A DNA stretch of 63,362 nucleotides, filler included, from Dimorphilus gyrociliatus (GCA_904063045.1; 5 parts of 5 records of this genome joined end to end with filler, not necessarily neighbours in it); one strand, 5' to 3'. Positions 48,588 through 60,899 are shown, numbered from the whole stretch's first letter. Program-made: numbers and translations. The notes: generated by a model not told the origin, from the sequence alone.

Positions 48588-49325
48588 TTGAATTCTTCAT
48601 ATGATAGGTTCATTGATTTTCTATTTGAAAACAGATTCCTAAAAGCTGAAGTTAGCTGTTCATTATGCCTTTCGCATATGAATTTAGCTATTTACAAAAG
48701 GTCGCCCGAGAAGAGAGCCTGTAGATGTTATAGAAATGGTTGCCTCGGAAATAAAAAATATGTTTCTGGGCGTGTAGGCAATTTTTTTGAAGGCTTTAGT
48801 ATGCCGATCAGGATGATCTTGCAAATCGTATTAAAATACGCAACAAGGTGTCCTGATTACAGTATTAAAGAGTTCTTCGATCTTATTGGAAGTAATATTG
48901 AAAAGATATTACTAAGACTAAGATCACGGATACTTACGATAGACGTCTCTAGTAATAAACTAGGAGGTCCTGGGAAGGTCATCCAAATTGATGAAACTAT
49001 GTTAAATCATAGTATTAAAGCACATAGAGGTTGTGCTCCTAGTAACAGGACAGGCTCTCTATGTATTATAGAGTTTAATGAAAGAATTCCCCGTCATTTG
49101 CATGTGGAATTCCAAATAAAAAAGCCTCTACACTTATGCCTATTATTTGTAGTCAGGTAGTTAGTGGATTTATCATACACACCAATGAGAAAAGGGTACT
49201 TATTCACGATTAAGTGAATATAATTTTTCACATGACACTGTGTGTTATAAGTATAATTTTGTTGCCGAGAATGGCACATATACACAAGCAATTGAGTCTT
49301 TTCACAACTGTTTGAAAATAGAAAT
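48588..49325 (+). pseudogene. Merlin transposase pseudogene
   Basis: CSLC, VSGRVGNFF, VIQIDET, then frameshifted IHTNE and TVCY segments. Confidence 0.8.
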
Positions 49326-49433
49326 TAAGCTAAGGAAAGACGGTTACAATCAATAAACTTCAAAAATCTTTTAAATGAATTTTGCTTTTTTGTAATAATA
49401 GACATAGAGTACGAGATGCAGTATTTGATTTGG

Positions 49434-50966
49434 TGTGCATCAACTCGCCAAGGGTGAGATGAAAATTTAATCAATTTTTTTTTTAAAAAAACAAAATAGA
49501 AAAATTTTTTATTCATCGAGTGACCATTGAACGTTATTTGAAATAGCTTCTGCCTCCCCCATTTTCATAAAATAAATTATAATTATTTACGATGATTTGT
49601 AGCTTTTTTTTTTTTTTAAATCAGAATTAGGAATATCAGTAGTTTTACCATGTAAACCTTGAGTTATCCTGTAACGTGCTCTTTCTTCTTCTTTACATAG
49701 TAACTCATGAAACCTTGCTATATTCGGATGAGCTATTATAGATTCCTGGTTAAATCCCCTATGCCAAGCTTCTATTATGGCTGTAGTACGTGGAATATTC
49801 TTTTTAATCCTTTCATAGCAAGACCAAAATGTAATATCATATCTAGGATAGATAAAGCTTCTCGTGCAGGAATTTTCCAATGTAATTAGCTTCAAAATAG
49901 TTCAGGAATGGTTATACTTTTTCTAAAAGAATTATAGAGTTTATCTCATTTTTAATTTTTATAAATTCTTTATTTACTACATATTGTGGATAAAAAGAAA
50001 GATTTAAAATTTTTCGGATTATTTTTCTTGTATGAATATCTCTTTTATAATCAGCTGTAAGGACTAGTTTTTGCACATTTTTTCATATTGCCTGACCAAA
50101 ATGAAATATACAGCCATTGATATCTATATTGCTAAATAAATTTGATAATGAATTAAATAGCGCCTTTTCAAAATCTATGATTATATTTTTTGGTTTGATG
50201 TCACAGATAGATAACAAATATGTAAAACATTCATTATATAAAGACTCGGTTCTATTGTCATAAGAATAAAGCATAATGGATAAAACTTACCTAATACCTT
50301 CCCATATATAGTTATTAATTGGTTATCCCCATTAGATACAGATTTAAATGTCCCATCTATAAGCAATCCGCTGCTTTCTCAACTGTGACTTCTGAAATGG
50401 GAGCTGATACACTACATATCTATTTGTGCCCATAATTCTTGTATCTCTTTGTAAAAATTCATCTCCTCTTAGATTATTATGTAGACTTTCCAGAAAATCG
50501 GGCACCGTAGGCTTAATTGCATCATATTTTTATTTTTAATTCTGTTAACATAATTTTTTAAAGCCCTCTCTGTGGACATTTTAGCGATGAGTGTGTTTTT
50601 TATGCTAGACATCGCTTTGACTACAATGTCCGATGTTCTATTATTTGATTCTACAGTTTTTTTAATGTTTGCTTTTTTAAGTGTATATCAACTTTGTTAA
50701 GGTCTACATCATGATTATGATTAATTAATATATTAACTTCCTCCATTTTATGAATATTTAATCTCCCTTTGCAAAATCTTAGTTGACATTTCCATAATCT
50801 GACATCATCCTTTGTATCATATAAGTTATAAAAAAAGCTTTGGTGAATCACCATAGGTTTTCCTCTTTGGCTTTTTGTGTATATTAGGCCTGACATGTAT
50901 ATGGGTCTTTAATTTTTTATAAAAAATTTAATAAAATTTTCAACTCCCCCTGGCGAGTTAATGCTC
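49434..50966 (-). mobile_element. MULE (FLYWCH + DDE) element, degenerate, with TIRs
   Basis: ORF pieces 50651-50896 (FLYWCH), 50181-50366 (IDGTFK), 50083-50274 (IIIDFEKAL, GCIFHF) and 49587-49895 (PRTTAIIEAWH); GCAT(C/T)AACTCGCC TIRs. Confidence 0.85.
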
Positions 50967-51093
50967 AGCGTAGTAATTAATTTAATTAATTTTCTGTAGT
51001 ATTATTATTAATTATTTATTATTTTAATTTAAAGTTTTTAATTTTTTTTAACTTTTTCTTAATTTTCATTTTTTGTAATTTTTAAATTTAGAC

Positions 51094-51138
51094 TCATGCT
51101 TAAATTCTCCCCCTTCCGGGAGGAGATTTTAAGCATGA
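51094..51138. repeat. 17-bp inverted repeat (1 mismatch) with an 11-nt spacer
   Basis: TCATGCTTAAATTCTCC / GGAGATTTTAAGCATGA. Confidence 0.85.
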
Positions 51139-51304
51139 TCCTATATTTTTAGTAAGATAGATTTGTACGAAGGCTTTAATCAAATTAAAGTGGCAGAACA
51201 AGACAGAGAGAAAACTGTCATAAGCACTCCCTTCGGTAACTATCAATGGAATATGTTAGTTTTTGGTCTAAAAAATGCGTCGGAACCATTTCAAAAGGCT
51301 ATGG

Positions 51305-53008
51305 CGTGCGCCTCAACTCGCCAACTGGCGAGTTGAGGAAAACTCGTCAAAACTTCCCTGAGGGGTTAAAATGCACCAACTCGCCAAATGGCGAGTTGGT
51401 AGTATAGGAAGAAAAAATTTTCATTAAAATTTTTTAAAAAAAAATTATCCTTAAAATAAAATTTAATTTTCAAGTAGCCAATCAACAGTATTTTCTAATG
51501 CAATTGAAAAACCATTATCTGTAAAAATTTCATAATTTTTTATTATTAATTGTAATTTGTATTCTTTCTTTAAATCGCTATTAGGAATTTCAATATTTCT
51601 TCCAGATAAAGCTTGAATCACTCTATATCGACATCTTTCCTCCTCTTTGCAAATTAGTTCATGAAATCGAGCTATGTTTGGATGAGCTATAATCGATTCT
51701 TGATTTAATCCTCTATGCCAGGCTTCAATAATATTTGTAGTTCGAGGTATGTTTTTCTTTATTCTATCAAAACATGACCAAAACTCGACACTATATCTTG
51801 GATGTATTAGCTGACGATCTTCAAATTTTCCAAGGTAGGTTCTCTCAAAATAATCAAATAAAGCTTTTAACTTTTCATATTTTTCAGATTCTAATGTTAA
51901 ATTTTTAATATCTTGGAAAGTATCGAATACATCCTCCACTGGATAAAAAACAATATTAAGCAATTTTCTTACTATTTTTCTGATAAAAAGGTTTTCTTTG
52001 TAGTCTTTTGTTAGTCCTAGCTTTTGTACATGTTTCCAAATAGACTGACTAAAATGAAAACAACATCCATATACTTTTGTGCTGTTAAAGGTTGTATTCA
52101 ATGAGTTGATTAATGCCTTTTCAAAATCTACTATAATATGTATTGGTGTAAAAGAACAATTCTCTTTCATATATTTAAAGCATTTATTGTATAGTATCTC
52201 AGTTTTATTTTCAAGTAAAATAAAACATAAAGGATAGAACTTTCCTAGAACCTGACCCTGAATAGTTATCAACTGTTGAAAGCCGTTAGGAACTGATTTA
52301 AAGGTTCCATCAATCAAAACTATCTTCGACTTTTCTGTAATCTCTTTTTGATAAGTTGATTGGAAAAATACAAATCTATTTGGCTTATTTATTCCGGAGT
52401 CGAATTGCAAAAACTTATCACCTCTAAGATTATATCGAAGACTCTCAGGAAAATCCGGGATGTTCGGTTTTAAGCCACTAAATTTACTGTTTTTTATTCT
52501 ATTGACATAATTTTTAAGCGATTTTTCTGTAGGCATCGCTGGTATTACTTCTGGTTTTACACTAGACATGGCTCTGATAACTATATCGGAAGTTCTTTCG
52601 TTGCTAGTTAAACAGCTTTCCTTCATTTTTTGTCTCTTTAAATGGACTTCCACTTTTTTTTGGTCCGAATCATGATTATGAGCAACTGTGACAACGTATA
52701 ATCCCAATTTCTCCTCCACAATTTTTCCTTTACATGATCTCTTCTGACATCTCCAGTACTTTTTCCCATCAATTGCGCTAGATAAATTATAAATATAACC
52801 ATTTAGTATGGCAATAGGCTTTCCTCGCTGACTCACACTAAATAAAATTCCTGACATTTTAAGGATAATTTTTTTTTAAAAAATTTTAATGAAAATTTTT
52901 TCTTCCTATACTACCAACTCGCCATTTGGCGAGTTGGTGCATTTTAACCCCTCAGGGAAGTTTTGACGAGTTTTCCTCAACTCGCCATTTGGCGAGTTGG
53001 TGCTGTGC
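51305..53008 (-). mobile_element. Intact MULE with ~145-bp TIRs, inserted in the gypsy RT
   Basis: Near-perfect long TIRs, each with two CAACTCGCCAnnTGGCGAGTTG palindromes. Confidence 0.9.
51463..52857 (-). CDS. MULE transposase (FLYWCH + DDE), 464 aa
   Basis: YWRCQKRSCKG..HNH; LIDGTFK; IVDFEKAL; GCCFHFSQ; PRTTNIIEAWH. Confidence 0.93.
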   Translation of the reverse strand: MSGILFSVSQRGKPIAILNGYIYNLSSAIDGKKYWRCQKRSCKGKIVEEKLGLYVVTVAHNHDSDQKKVEVHLKRQKMKESCLTSNERTSDIVIRAMSSVKPEVIPAMPTEKSLKNYVNRIKNSKFSGLKPNIPDFPESLRYNLRGDKFLQFDSGINKPNRFVFFQSTYQKEITEKSKIVLIDGTFKSVPNGFQQLITIQGQVLGKFYPLCFILLENKTEILYNKCFKYMKENCSFTPIHIIVDFEKALINSLNTTFNSTKVYGCCFHFSQSIWKHVQKLGLTKDYKENLFIRKIVRKLLNIVFYPVEDVFDTFQDIKNLTLESEKYEKLKALFDYFERTYLGKFEDRQLIHPRYSVEFWSCFDRIKKNIPRTTNIIEAWHRGLNQESIIAHPNIARFHELICKEEERCRYRVIQALSGRNIEIPNSDLKKEYKLQLIIKNYEIFTDNGFSIALENTVDWLLEN

Positions 53009-54042
53009 CACTCCCTTCGGTAACTATCAATGGAATATGTTAGTTTTTGGTCTAAAAAATGCGTCGGAACCATTTCAAAAGGCTATGGATGCCATACTCA
53101 ATCAGACCAAATGTGTTAGCGGCTCTGTTGATGATTTTATTGTTTTTAGCAAAACGCTTGCGCAACATTTGATTGATTTAGACGAAATTTTTCAGAAACC
53201 ATTTAGAGTAGGATGTAAAATTAATTTTTGTAAAAGTGAATATCGACTTAAAGAAATTTTATATTTAGGACTTATAGTTAATAGCCGGGGGATAGAACCA
53301 GATACTAAAAGGTCAAACTACACCGAGAAAAAGAAAACCCGAGGACACTAAAACAACTTCACAAGTTTATTTGGGGCAATTCCTTCAGGAACTTTATTCC
53401 TAACGTCAATAAATACATGGGAAGATTTACAGAAAATTTAAAAGGAAGGAATAGCAAAATAATAGAGTAGAATGATGAGGACTGCCAAGCAAGAGATGCA
53501 CTGTACCAAGAAAATGAAAGGGAGGTCTTACTGTCTCATCCAGATTTCGGTGATAATTTACAATTATTTTGTGATGCCTGTAATACCGGAAGTAATGAGG
53601 TACTTAATCAAGAAAAGAATCTTATAGATTTGTATAGTTATAAGTTGAAGTAATCTGAGAAAATTTATACTATTGTCGAAAAAGAATTATTTGCCATCAT
53701 AAAAGTCTAGAACATTTTAGGAATATTATTTTTTGTTGGCACGTACTAATTAACACGGATAATAAAAATATCACGTATTTAACCAAAAAGAAAACTCAAG
53801 AATTCACAGATGGAGGCAAATTTTGAATGAGTATTCCATTGACCTAACACACATTGAAGGAGACAAAAATGCAGGAGCAGATTATCTTAGTAGAGTATAT
53901 TGTCTAGTTTTAGAATATCAATTAGAAAAAATATTTAGATTATTTCGTTTGGGAAGGAGAAACTGTAAAAAGACAGAACAGTAAAATACTTGTCAACCCG
54001 TATTTTGATAGGGGATTTTTAAAAAAAATACATGAGGAGGCA

Positions 54043-55560
54043 GAGCATCAGTTCGCCTTTAAGCGAACTGCTGATGGTTTTTATAAAATTATTACCCCTT
54101 ATAAACGAGCGACCTAATATTTACTAAATCAAGAAAAAATAGGCCTATGGTCGCATACAATGGATATTTATACAATCTCGAATAATAAGATACAATAAGA
54201 GATGCAAATGTCAGAATCAGAAGTGTCGGTCGAGGATTATTACTAATGATAAAAACGATGCTATATCGAATAGTGAACATACCCACGATAGTAATGACAC
54301 CATAGTAAAACTAACTGTTCAAAAAAATAACTTAAAGGATAGAGCTAAAAAAAATAAAGATAGTTCAAACCATATACTATCAAGCATAGCAAAAAATTGT
54401 TCGCCAGATGTTATTAATGCCTTATCTTCCCATAGAGCAGTGATAAATACAAAATAATACAGTCAGAAATAGTGCACTTGGTGTATCGAAACTATCGATG
54501 CCAGATTTACCAAGTTTCTTACATTTAAATAATAGAGAAGAAAGATTTTTATTGGTTGAAACAGGAGTAGACGATAAGAATAGATATACAATTTTCGTGC
54601 CGAATTTCCAGCCCCTACCCCTAAAAAAGCCGATGTATTATAGACGGCACCTTTAAATCAGGACCTGTTCATTTTACCCAACTTATTACAGTTCATGGAC
54701 GAATTTTAGGAAAATCGTATCATCTTTGTTAAATTTTAATGCTAGATAAGGAAGAGAAATCATATAAAAATATTTTTAAAGAAATAAAACACCATATAGA
54801 TTATAATCCAAATCAAATAATTATCAATTTTGAAAAGGCTATTTATAATGGAATAATGAAAACTTTCAAGAATTCTATAGTTTCTGGATGCAACTTTCAT
54901 TTAATTTAGATGCTTTGGAGAAGAATACAAGCTGAGGGACTTGTAGTATCATGTGAAAAAGACCCTTTTTCAAAAAAACTGGTTAAAAATTGTATTTTCT
55001 GTTTTTATACTTACATATAAAGTTATCAGGACTTTTAGGGACATTCAAGCTGAAATAAAAGAATTAAATAACAATAAAATCTTATTATACTTTAGATAGC
55101 AATTTATAGGAAATAGCGATGAAAGTGAAGAAAGTGGAGTGTATCCAGTGAAGTTTTGGTCTTGTTATGAAAGAGTTTTGTCTAATGTACCACTATCTAA
55201 TAATCCAGTTAAAGCTTGACATAGATCATTAAATTCTAATTTTGTTAAAGCACACCCACCCCTGGCAAGATTTTGTGAGTTTTTTGAGACATGAGGAAGA
55301 AATTGTTTATTTTAATATAACAGGTGTTTTAACAGGGGCAGAGCTTATTACCTCTAGCTATGATTTTCTAAAAAAATACAGATTGAAAGTGATTCTTGAA
55401 AATTTCAATTTTATGCCCCTTGATGCTTTTGTTTCTTTACTGGATACAATTTTAGAAATTAAAATATATTAACTCTAATAAAAACAATCATCAGTTCGCC
55501 TATAGGGGGCTTTGATGATTTTATCCCCCCCCTATTTCGCCTGTAGGCGAATTGATGCAC
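54043..55560 (+). mobile_element. Degenerate MULE of the same family
   Basis: TIRs GCATCA(G/A)TTCGCC; fragments PMVAYNGYLYNL, DGTFK, GCNFH and FWSCYERV; C-terminal ORF 55242-55472. Confidence 0.8.
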
Positions 55561-55613
55561 ACTGATAAAGTTGAATTAGATACACCAAAAATTTCACGCA
55601 ACTTCTTATAAGG

Positions 55614-55713
55614 NNNNNNNNNNNNNNNNNNNNNNNNNNNNNNNNNNNNNNNNNNNNTTAATTAATTAANNNNNNNNNNNNNNNNNNNNNNNNNNNNNNN
55701 NNNNNNNNNNNNN
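55614..55713. other. Artificial contig-joining spacer
   Basis: 44 N + TTAATTAATTAA + 44 N. Confidence 0.97.
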
Positions 55714-55715
55714 CA

Positions 55716-55973
55716 TCCTACCAAGGTGCACATGTTACAAGTGCAAACATTACCTTAACATTTAAACCACCATTATACTTTTGTTCTAACCAACTACCAA
55801 GCCAGGCATTTGATCTAGCAGATGAGCCAACTTGTAATATAGAATCACAAGAAACCAAGACAATTACAGCTGATATCTATGAATTGAACTTGGAAGAAAT
55901 TGAAACAAGAGCAGTAAAATGTCAAGTGTATCTAAGAACTAATTTTTACACTTACTATTTCTTTGGAGCAAAG
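55716..55973 (+). pseudogene. N-terminal fragment of a viral-type envelope glycoprotein
   Basis: Open frame ...PLYFCSNQLPSQAFDLADEPTC...ADIYEL...AVKCQVYLRTNFYTYYFFGAK, resembling class III fusogen N-termini with an aromatic fusion loop. Confidence 0.5.
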
Positions 55974-57500
55974 AAGATTAAGATTTTTCAATGAAAGAAA
56001 TGATTCATTTTCAATGGTTTTAATTGGACAATTTGACATTTTCAAAATCTCTAATCTATGCAAAATTTTAAAATCACCTTCTTTAATTATGTTCACATAA
56101 TTGAATGAAATGTCAAGATATCTTAAATTGGAACATTGCAAATTCTTGAAAATTGAAATTGTTTTCTTTTTTCCTTTCATCTCTTTTTTATCTAATTTAA
56201 ATCACAGAGAACAACAGGACAATATAGATGTAATGTCTAAAGGTAATTATTTAATAACATTTAGTTTATTCTTCAACAATAAATTAACTTGGAGGACATT
56301 GATGAACAACTTATATAGAAATGTTTTTATGCTAATCTTTCATGGTTTCAAGTGATACTTTTGTTATATTTATAGCTTTTGATTTTTACAACAACCTGAA
56401 TACCTTCTTTCTTGGTCATAAGATCATGTTTAATTCATACAAAAAGGTAGAGATATCAAGTAAATCAAGTAAATTGATGGAAAAAAGAGAGCTGCTAAAG
56501 TGCTTAATACATATTACAAAAGCCATGGAATTTTCACATTCAAATAACCTGTCTTTAAATGGAAATATATCATTAAATGATATTCTTTATGAGGTAAAAA
56601 TATTAGCAGCAATTATTCTTTACATGAACTATTCATTTTTTCTCTTCTTTATATCTTAGATTTCTTGTGACAAGTATTTTTTACATACACAATGTATTTG
56701 TGAGAAGACTTTATTAAATGAAAAACAGGATATTTTTGCCTTTGGTAATATTGCCAATAGTCTATTACTAAAAGAAAGAGAGTTCAAGGAATGAAAACAT
56801 TTCTTAAATGTTCTTTCTGTTTAAAAAATTTGAATAAAGCTTATAGAAAATAGTTTACATCAAGTTCATGCTTTGGACATCGAGATGTCTCTGTGTCCTC
56901 TTTTTAACATATGACATACATTTAACATTAACATAACACTTTGGTTTTCACAACCACTCACTTCAATGCCACAGACCATTGCTTCGTAGCAATGGTTAGT
57001 TCAAAGATCACGATATAATTTCAAAAAAGTAATATTTTATTATTAAAGAGAAAATTTCACATATTTTACACATAGGACTGTAGAAAAATGGGAATATTTG
57101 TTCAGTCCTAGAGAAAGAGAGACTGATAGTTGCATAGAACTCTTTTCACTATCTTTGCTTTAATATATTGATGTGTTGCTGTCTCTTTTGCAAAAGTTTT
57201 TTAACTAATAAGCCTAATGAACAAATATCATTTTTCTCATTTGTTTCTGTTCTATTATAAATATTTTCTATTTTTAAAATGTATTTCTTAGTAGAAATCT
57301 GAAAATTAGTAAATTCAAATGACTGAATATGAACTACTGAAGTGTTACCTCATAATAAAGACAGTCTATTGTAAATGCTCCATTAAGTGACATGTTTTCC
57401 AAATGTGACAGACTTAGACCCTTTGTTAAGTTCACTATGGATTCAAGCATTTCATGATTCCCCAAAAACTGTATACACAATACTGTTGGATAGTGAATAT
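55974..57500 (-). pseudogene. Degenerate extracellular-type LRR gene fragments
   Basis: LRYLDISFNYVNIIKEGDFKILHRLEILKMSNCPIKTIENESF (55932-56180); other fragments are broken by stops. Confidence 0.55.
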
Positions 57501-57574
57501 AATCTAAACTTAGAATTTTAGCATAATTGATAATTAATTTAACTAGTTTTAGTTGAAAATCCTAAATGTATGGA

Positions 57575-59092
57575 TTAATAAATTGTAATATTAATGCTGG
57601 GTTGCAAATAGCAATATTCTTTATATAATTTAATAGGTTTTATTGCTTCCACAAAAGGTCTAGGACTTGTGACAATTATGTTATCACCATTTTTTCTGAA
57701 CATAGGATAATTTTGCAGTTCTATTTCTTCTGATTCAGCTGTTGGAGCTGAAGGTAATCTTTTTGTTTTTGTCAATAGTTTAGACAGTCTGGTAAATTGA
57801 GCTCTTTTCAGTTTTTTCTTCCAAATAAAGTAAATGAAGAATCCAATTCCAATCAAGAGTATAATTGGAAGAAGTGTGTCTATTAGTATTTTGAAAGGTT
57901 TTCTTATCCATGAAGAAAATAGATGTTGTGTTGGTGACAAGGCTGCATCAATTCCGAAATCATTTGCAAAGTTAATATGCTCTCTATGCTTAGTCAAAGT
58001 ATCCTGTATGTATTCCAAAACTTGTTGTATCTGATAATGTTTCTTGCCTACATCTTCTTTTATACCTAGTTGTAATAATTCAGTAAGTCAGACAACTTCT
58101 AGTTTTGGTTCTTCAATTTGACTGTTGATTTTCATTCTGATTGATTGTGCTGCTGCTGTTTGGAACCTGCATCCTTTTCTTGTATAATAGATAAATGTCT
58201 TCTTGGCAGAATGTATGGCATATTGGTTTTGTTCTGCATCCAAAGGATTTTTCTTGATCTTGAAGAGATGTTGAGTTTGGTCACATGTACCATATCTTAT
58301 GTCTTCTTTAGTGATGTGGTAAGCATGATGAAGTATTGGATCAATTGAGAATAGGAGATCTTTATATTTGATCAGAAATTCTTTTGAACATAATCCATTT
58401 TTTGTTATAATTGTTGTGTCACAAACTACTTGAACAGTTTTTAATTCTGTACATGTATTGAGGGTTGTTAGATCTCCTAACCATGTATTATGGGTTCCAT
58501 GTTTAGATCCAAGTACTGTTGGTAGTTGAGGTGATAGTGGTGTAAGTAGGGCTATCATCCTGTTACTCATGATAAATTCTTTGCATAAAAGTTGTGAAAC
58601 TTGTTTAAAAACTGTTTGTAAATTTTGAAAATTTTTGTCAATATTGTTTAACAGTGCAGCTGTTCTTATAGCATCTTTTATATTTATTTGGTGTGATTCT
58701 GGAATCTCTATGCTTTCTAATTGTTTCCTCTTCCATTTGTGATTTATTGGTTTTCTTTGTAAAAGTGTATCTTTTGGGCTTTGATACCAAATGTTTATGT
58801 TTGGGAGTGGGTTGAAAGTAACTGGTATTTTGTCCAATTCAAACTCTTGTGATCTTACTAGTCTGGCAGGTTTTAGCTTTGTTGTTTTCAGCATTTTTAG
58901 TATGTATTTGTTGTTAATATCCCAGATGTCTGGAGAAATAATTTCTTTGACAAACCAAGTCCTCACTAATGGTGTTGCATGATCTTTTATCAGCATATGG
59001 TAGGTTTTCTCACCATCTCTATACCAATCATTATATGTTAAAATATCTTGTATTTCTGTGACATTGGCCTTTCTTAGTGATGATTTAATTTC
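57575..59092 (-). pseudogene. Endogenous viral envelope glycoprotein (class III, chuvirus-G/gB-like), one in-frame stop
   Basis: ORFs 58088-59095 and 57575-58018 are in the same frame, separated only by the TGA at 58088. Pattern LC...LSP...G.....GD....C...C.KEF.IKY...F.IDP..H...C; C-terminal TM (LLPIILLIGIGFFIYFIW) with a basic stop-transfer. Confidence 0.6.
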
Positions 59093-59278
59093 CAAACTAT
59101 TAAACAGTTTCTTAGAAATTCAAAATCTATTGACACAATTAACCTAAAAAATATCAATGAAAACGAAAAATGTAAATATAAAGTAACTCTCCAAGAACTT
59201 GACATTTCAGAGAGAATATTAAAAACAATTGATTTAAAAGTTTTTAAATTAAATAACAATGATACAGATATTATCAGT

Positions 59279-60500
59279 GGGGCTGACAGAAAACATCCCC
59301 AACAGAAAATGTCCCCACAGACAATTCAAATGAATGCTATATTGTTTAATGCCAGGTTTGAATGCTAATTCTAGAAATAAAAAAATAATCAAAATAATGA
59401 ATTATATCTAAATGATTTTCCAAATTTATTGAAATATATTTTGACATTAACATACTACAGAAAACAGAAGTAAAGATATTAATAATATACTTCAGAAGAC
59501 ATTTCAAGAAATTGACTTGCTGTAATTTTGCCAGCTTTGAACTTTTCCCAAATTCCTAAGATTTCTTTTTGAATTCTTGAATAGGTCTTTTTTTGACATC
59601 TTACAATTTTTCTCTTACTCAACAATTTCTTAATTAATAGAAATTAAGTCTGCTTCTCTTTTAAGTTCATCAACAACTAAATAAAATGACAAGTTTGAAC
59701 CTATATTTTTATTTAATCTATGATGAAAACCCTCTAAATCATTATTTGTTCTTATAGTTTAGCTGAAGACAGACCAAGTCTCTGGAGGCCAAACACTGCT
59801 TTTAATCCAGTTGTCTTCAATATATTCCATCAAATCAACAAGTGTATTTCTTTCATCCAGCTCACTTTTTATTTTGTAGAATTGATTTGCAATCAAAGTA
59901 TGAGGGAGGTAGGGCAAAGCCATAATCATTTTCATCAATTTCCATTCTCCTTCTCTCTTTTTAAATTCTGCACTGTAGCCCAGATCCTTTAAATCAAACA
60001 ATAAAATTAGATTACATTTTTACACCATTCAATGTTTTTGCTAACCTGAATTTTTCAGAATATTGCTTGTGACCAGTGAAAAGAGCAACCAACCATTAAA
60101 ATATCTGTCCAAGTATCTATGATACCTTTCCATATTGCCTTTTCATAGTCCAAAACAACTTGTGAAGAATTTTATATGCTCATGTGCATACCTGCATCGC
60201 GGCATATATGTATAATAGAATTGTGCATACCTAGCTCACAATGCTATTGTTAAATATTCATATTAAATAGTATTGAATTAAGTCTATGGTTTTCTAAAAG
60301 AGCATTTATATCGAAATGAAGTGCACAAACATCCCACTCCTTCAAGACCTTGCTTCCATGAAAGGTTTTTCATTTGTAACAATTACTGAATTACCTTTCT
60401 TTGTAAATGTAGGATAAATTTGTAGTGGTACAGATTCTGGTTCAATTTCCAAGCTTGCTGGGTTATCCTTTTTTCTCTGAAGCAATTGATAGAATTTTTT
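59279..60500 (-). mobile_element. MULE transposase pseudogene with one TIR
   Basis: VVLDYEKAIW, GCSFHWSQ, MALPYLP, WSVF and RTNNDLEGFHHRLN; TIR GGGGCTGACAGAAAACATCCCCAA at 59279. Confidence 0.8.
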
Positions 60501-60899
60501 GATAATCATTGTCTTCCAATCCTACTACGTGAGCCATGTACAAAATATATCAGTTTGGTTCTATAATTGAACTGAGAAGGGGAAGAGTTGTACTTCAAGA
60601 TGGTCCTGTAGAAACTTGCATTCTATTTGATGAGGAAGACGAAGAGAATAGAAGTTCTAAAAATGTGAAAGTTATCTCATCTACACTTGCATGTAAACCA
60701 GCTCCATCATTTATTACTGGATTTGTAATTGAAATAGGAGTAATTATTGAACTTGCTTTCCATCAGTCATCAATATTTTATGAGGTTAGATAAAAAGCAC
60801 CTTAAACAATTCTCTTTAATTCTACTTCTGTCTATTTCATTTTTTTAAAGAGACAACTAGAAATGCTTTGGGGTCATGAACCAAATTTTGAAGATGATA

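Larger units (their letters stand above)
51140..54042 (+). mobile_element. Ty3/gypsy pol remnant (RT - RNase H - integrase Zn start), interrupted by a MULE
   Basis: DLYEGFNQI..TPFGNYQW..FGLKNA; VDDFIVFS; YLGLIV; FCDAC; EKELFAII; HIEGDKNAGADYLSR. Confidence 0.85.

Noticed and set aside
51463-60500. Recent horizontal transfer of MULEs between parasite-like and host-like contigs
   Set aside because: The TIRs differ and the transposase motifs are divergent (PRTTNIIEAWH vs RTNNDLEGFH); there is no near-identical shared sequence.
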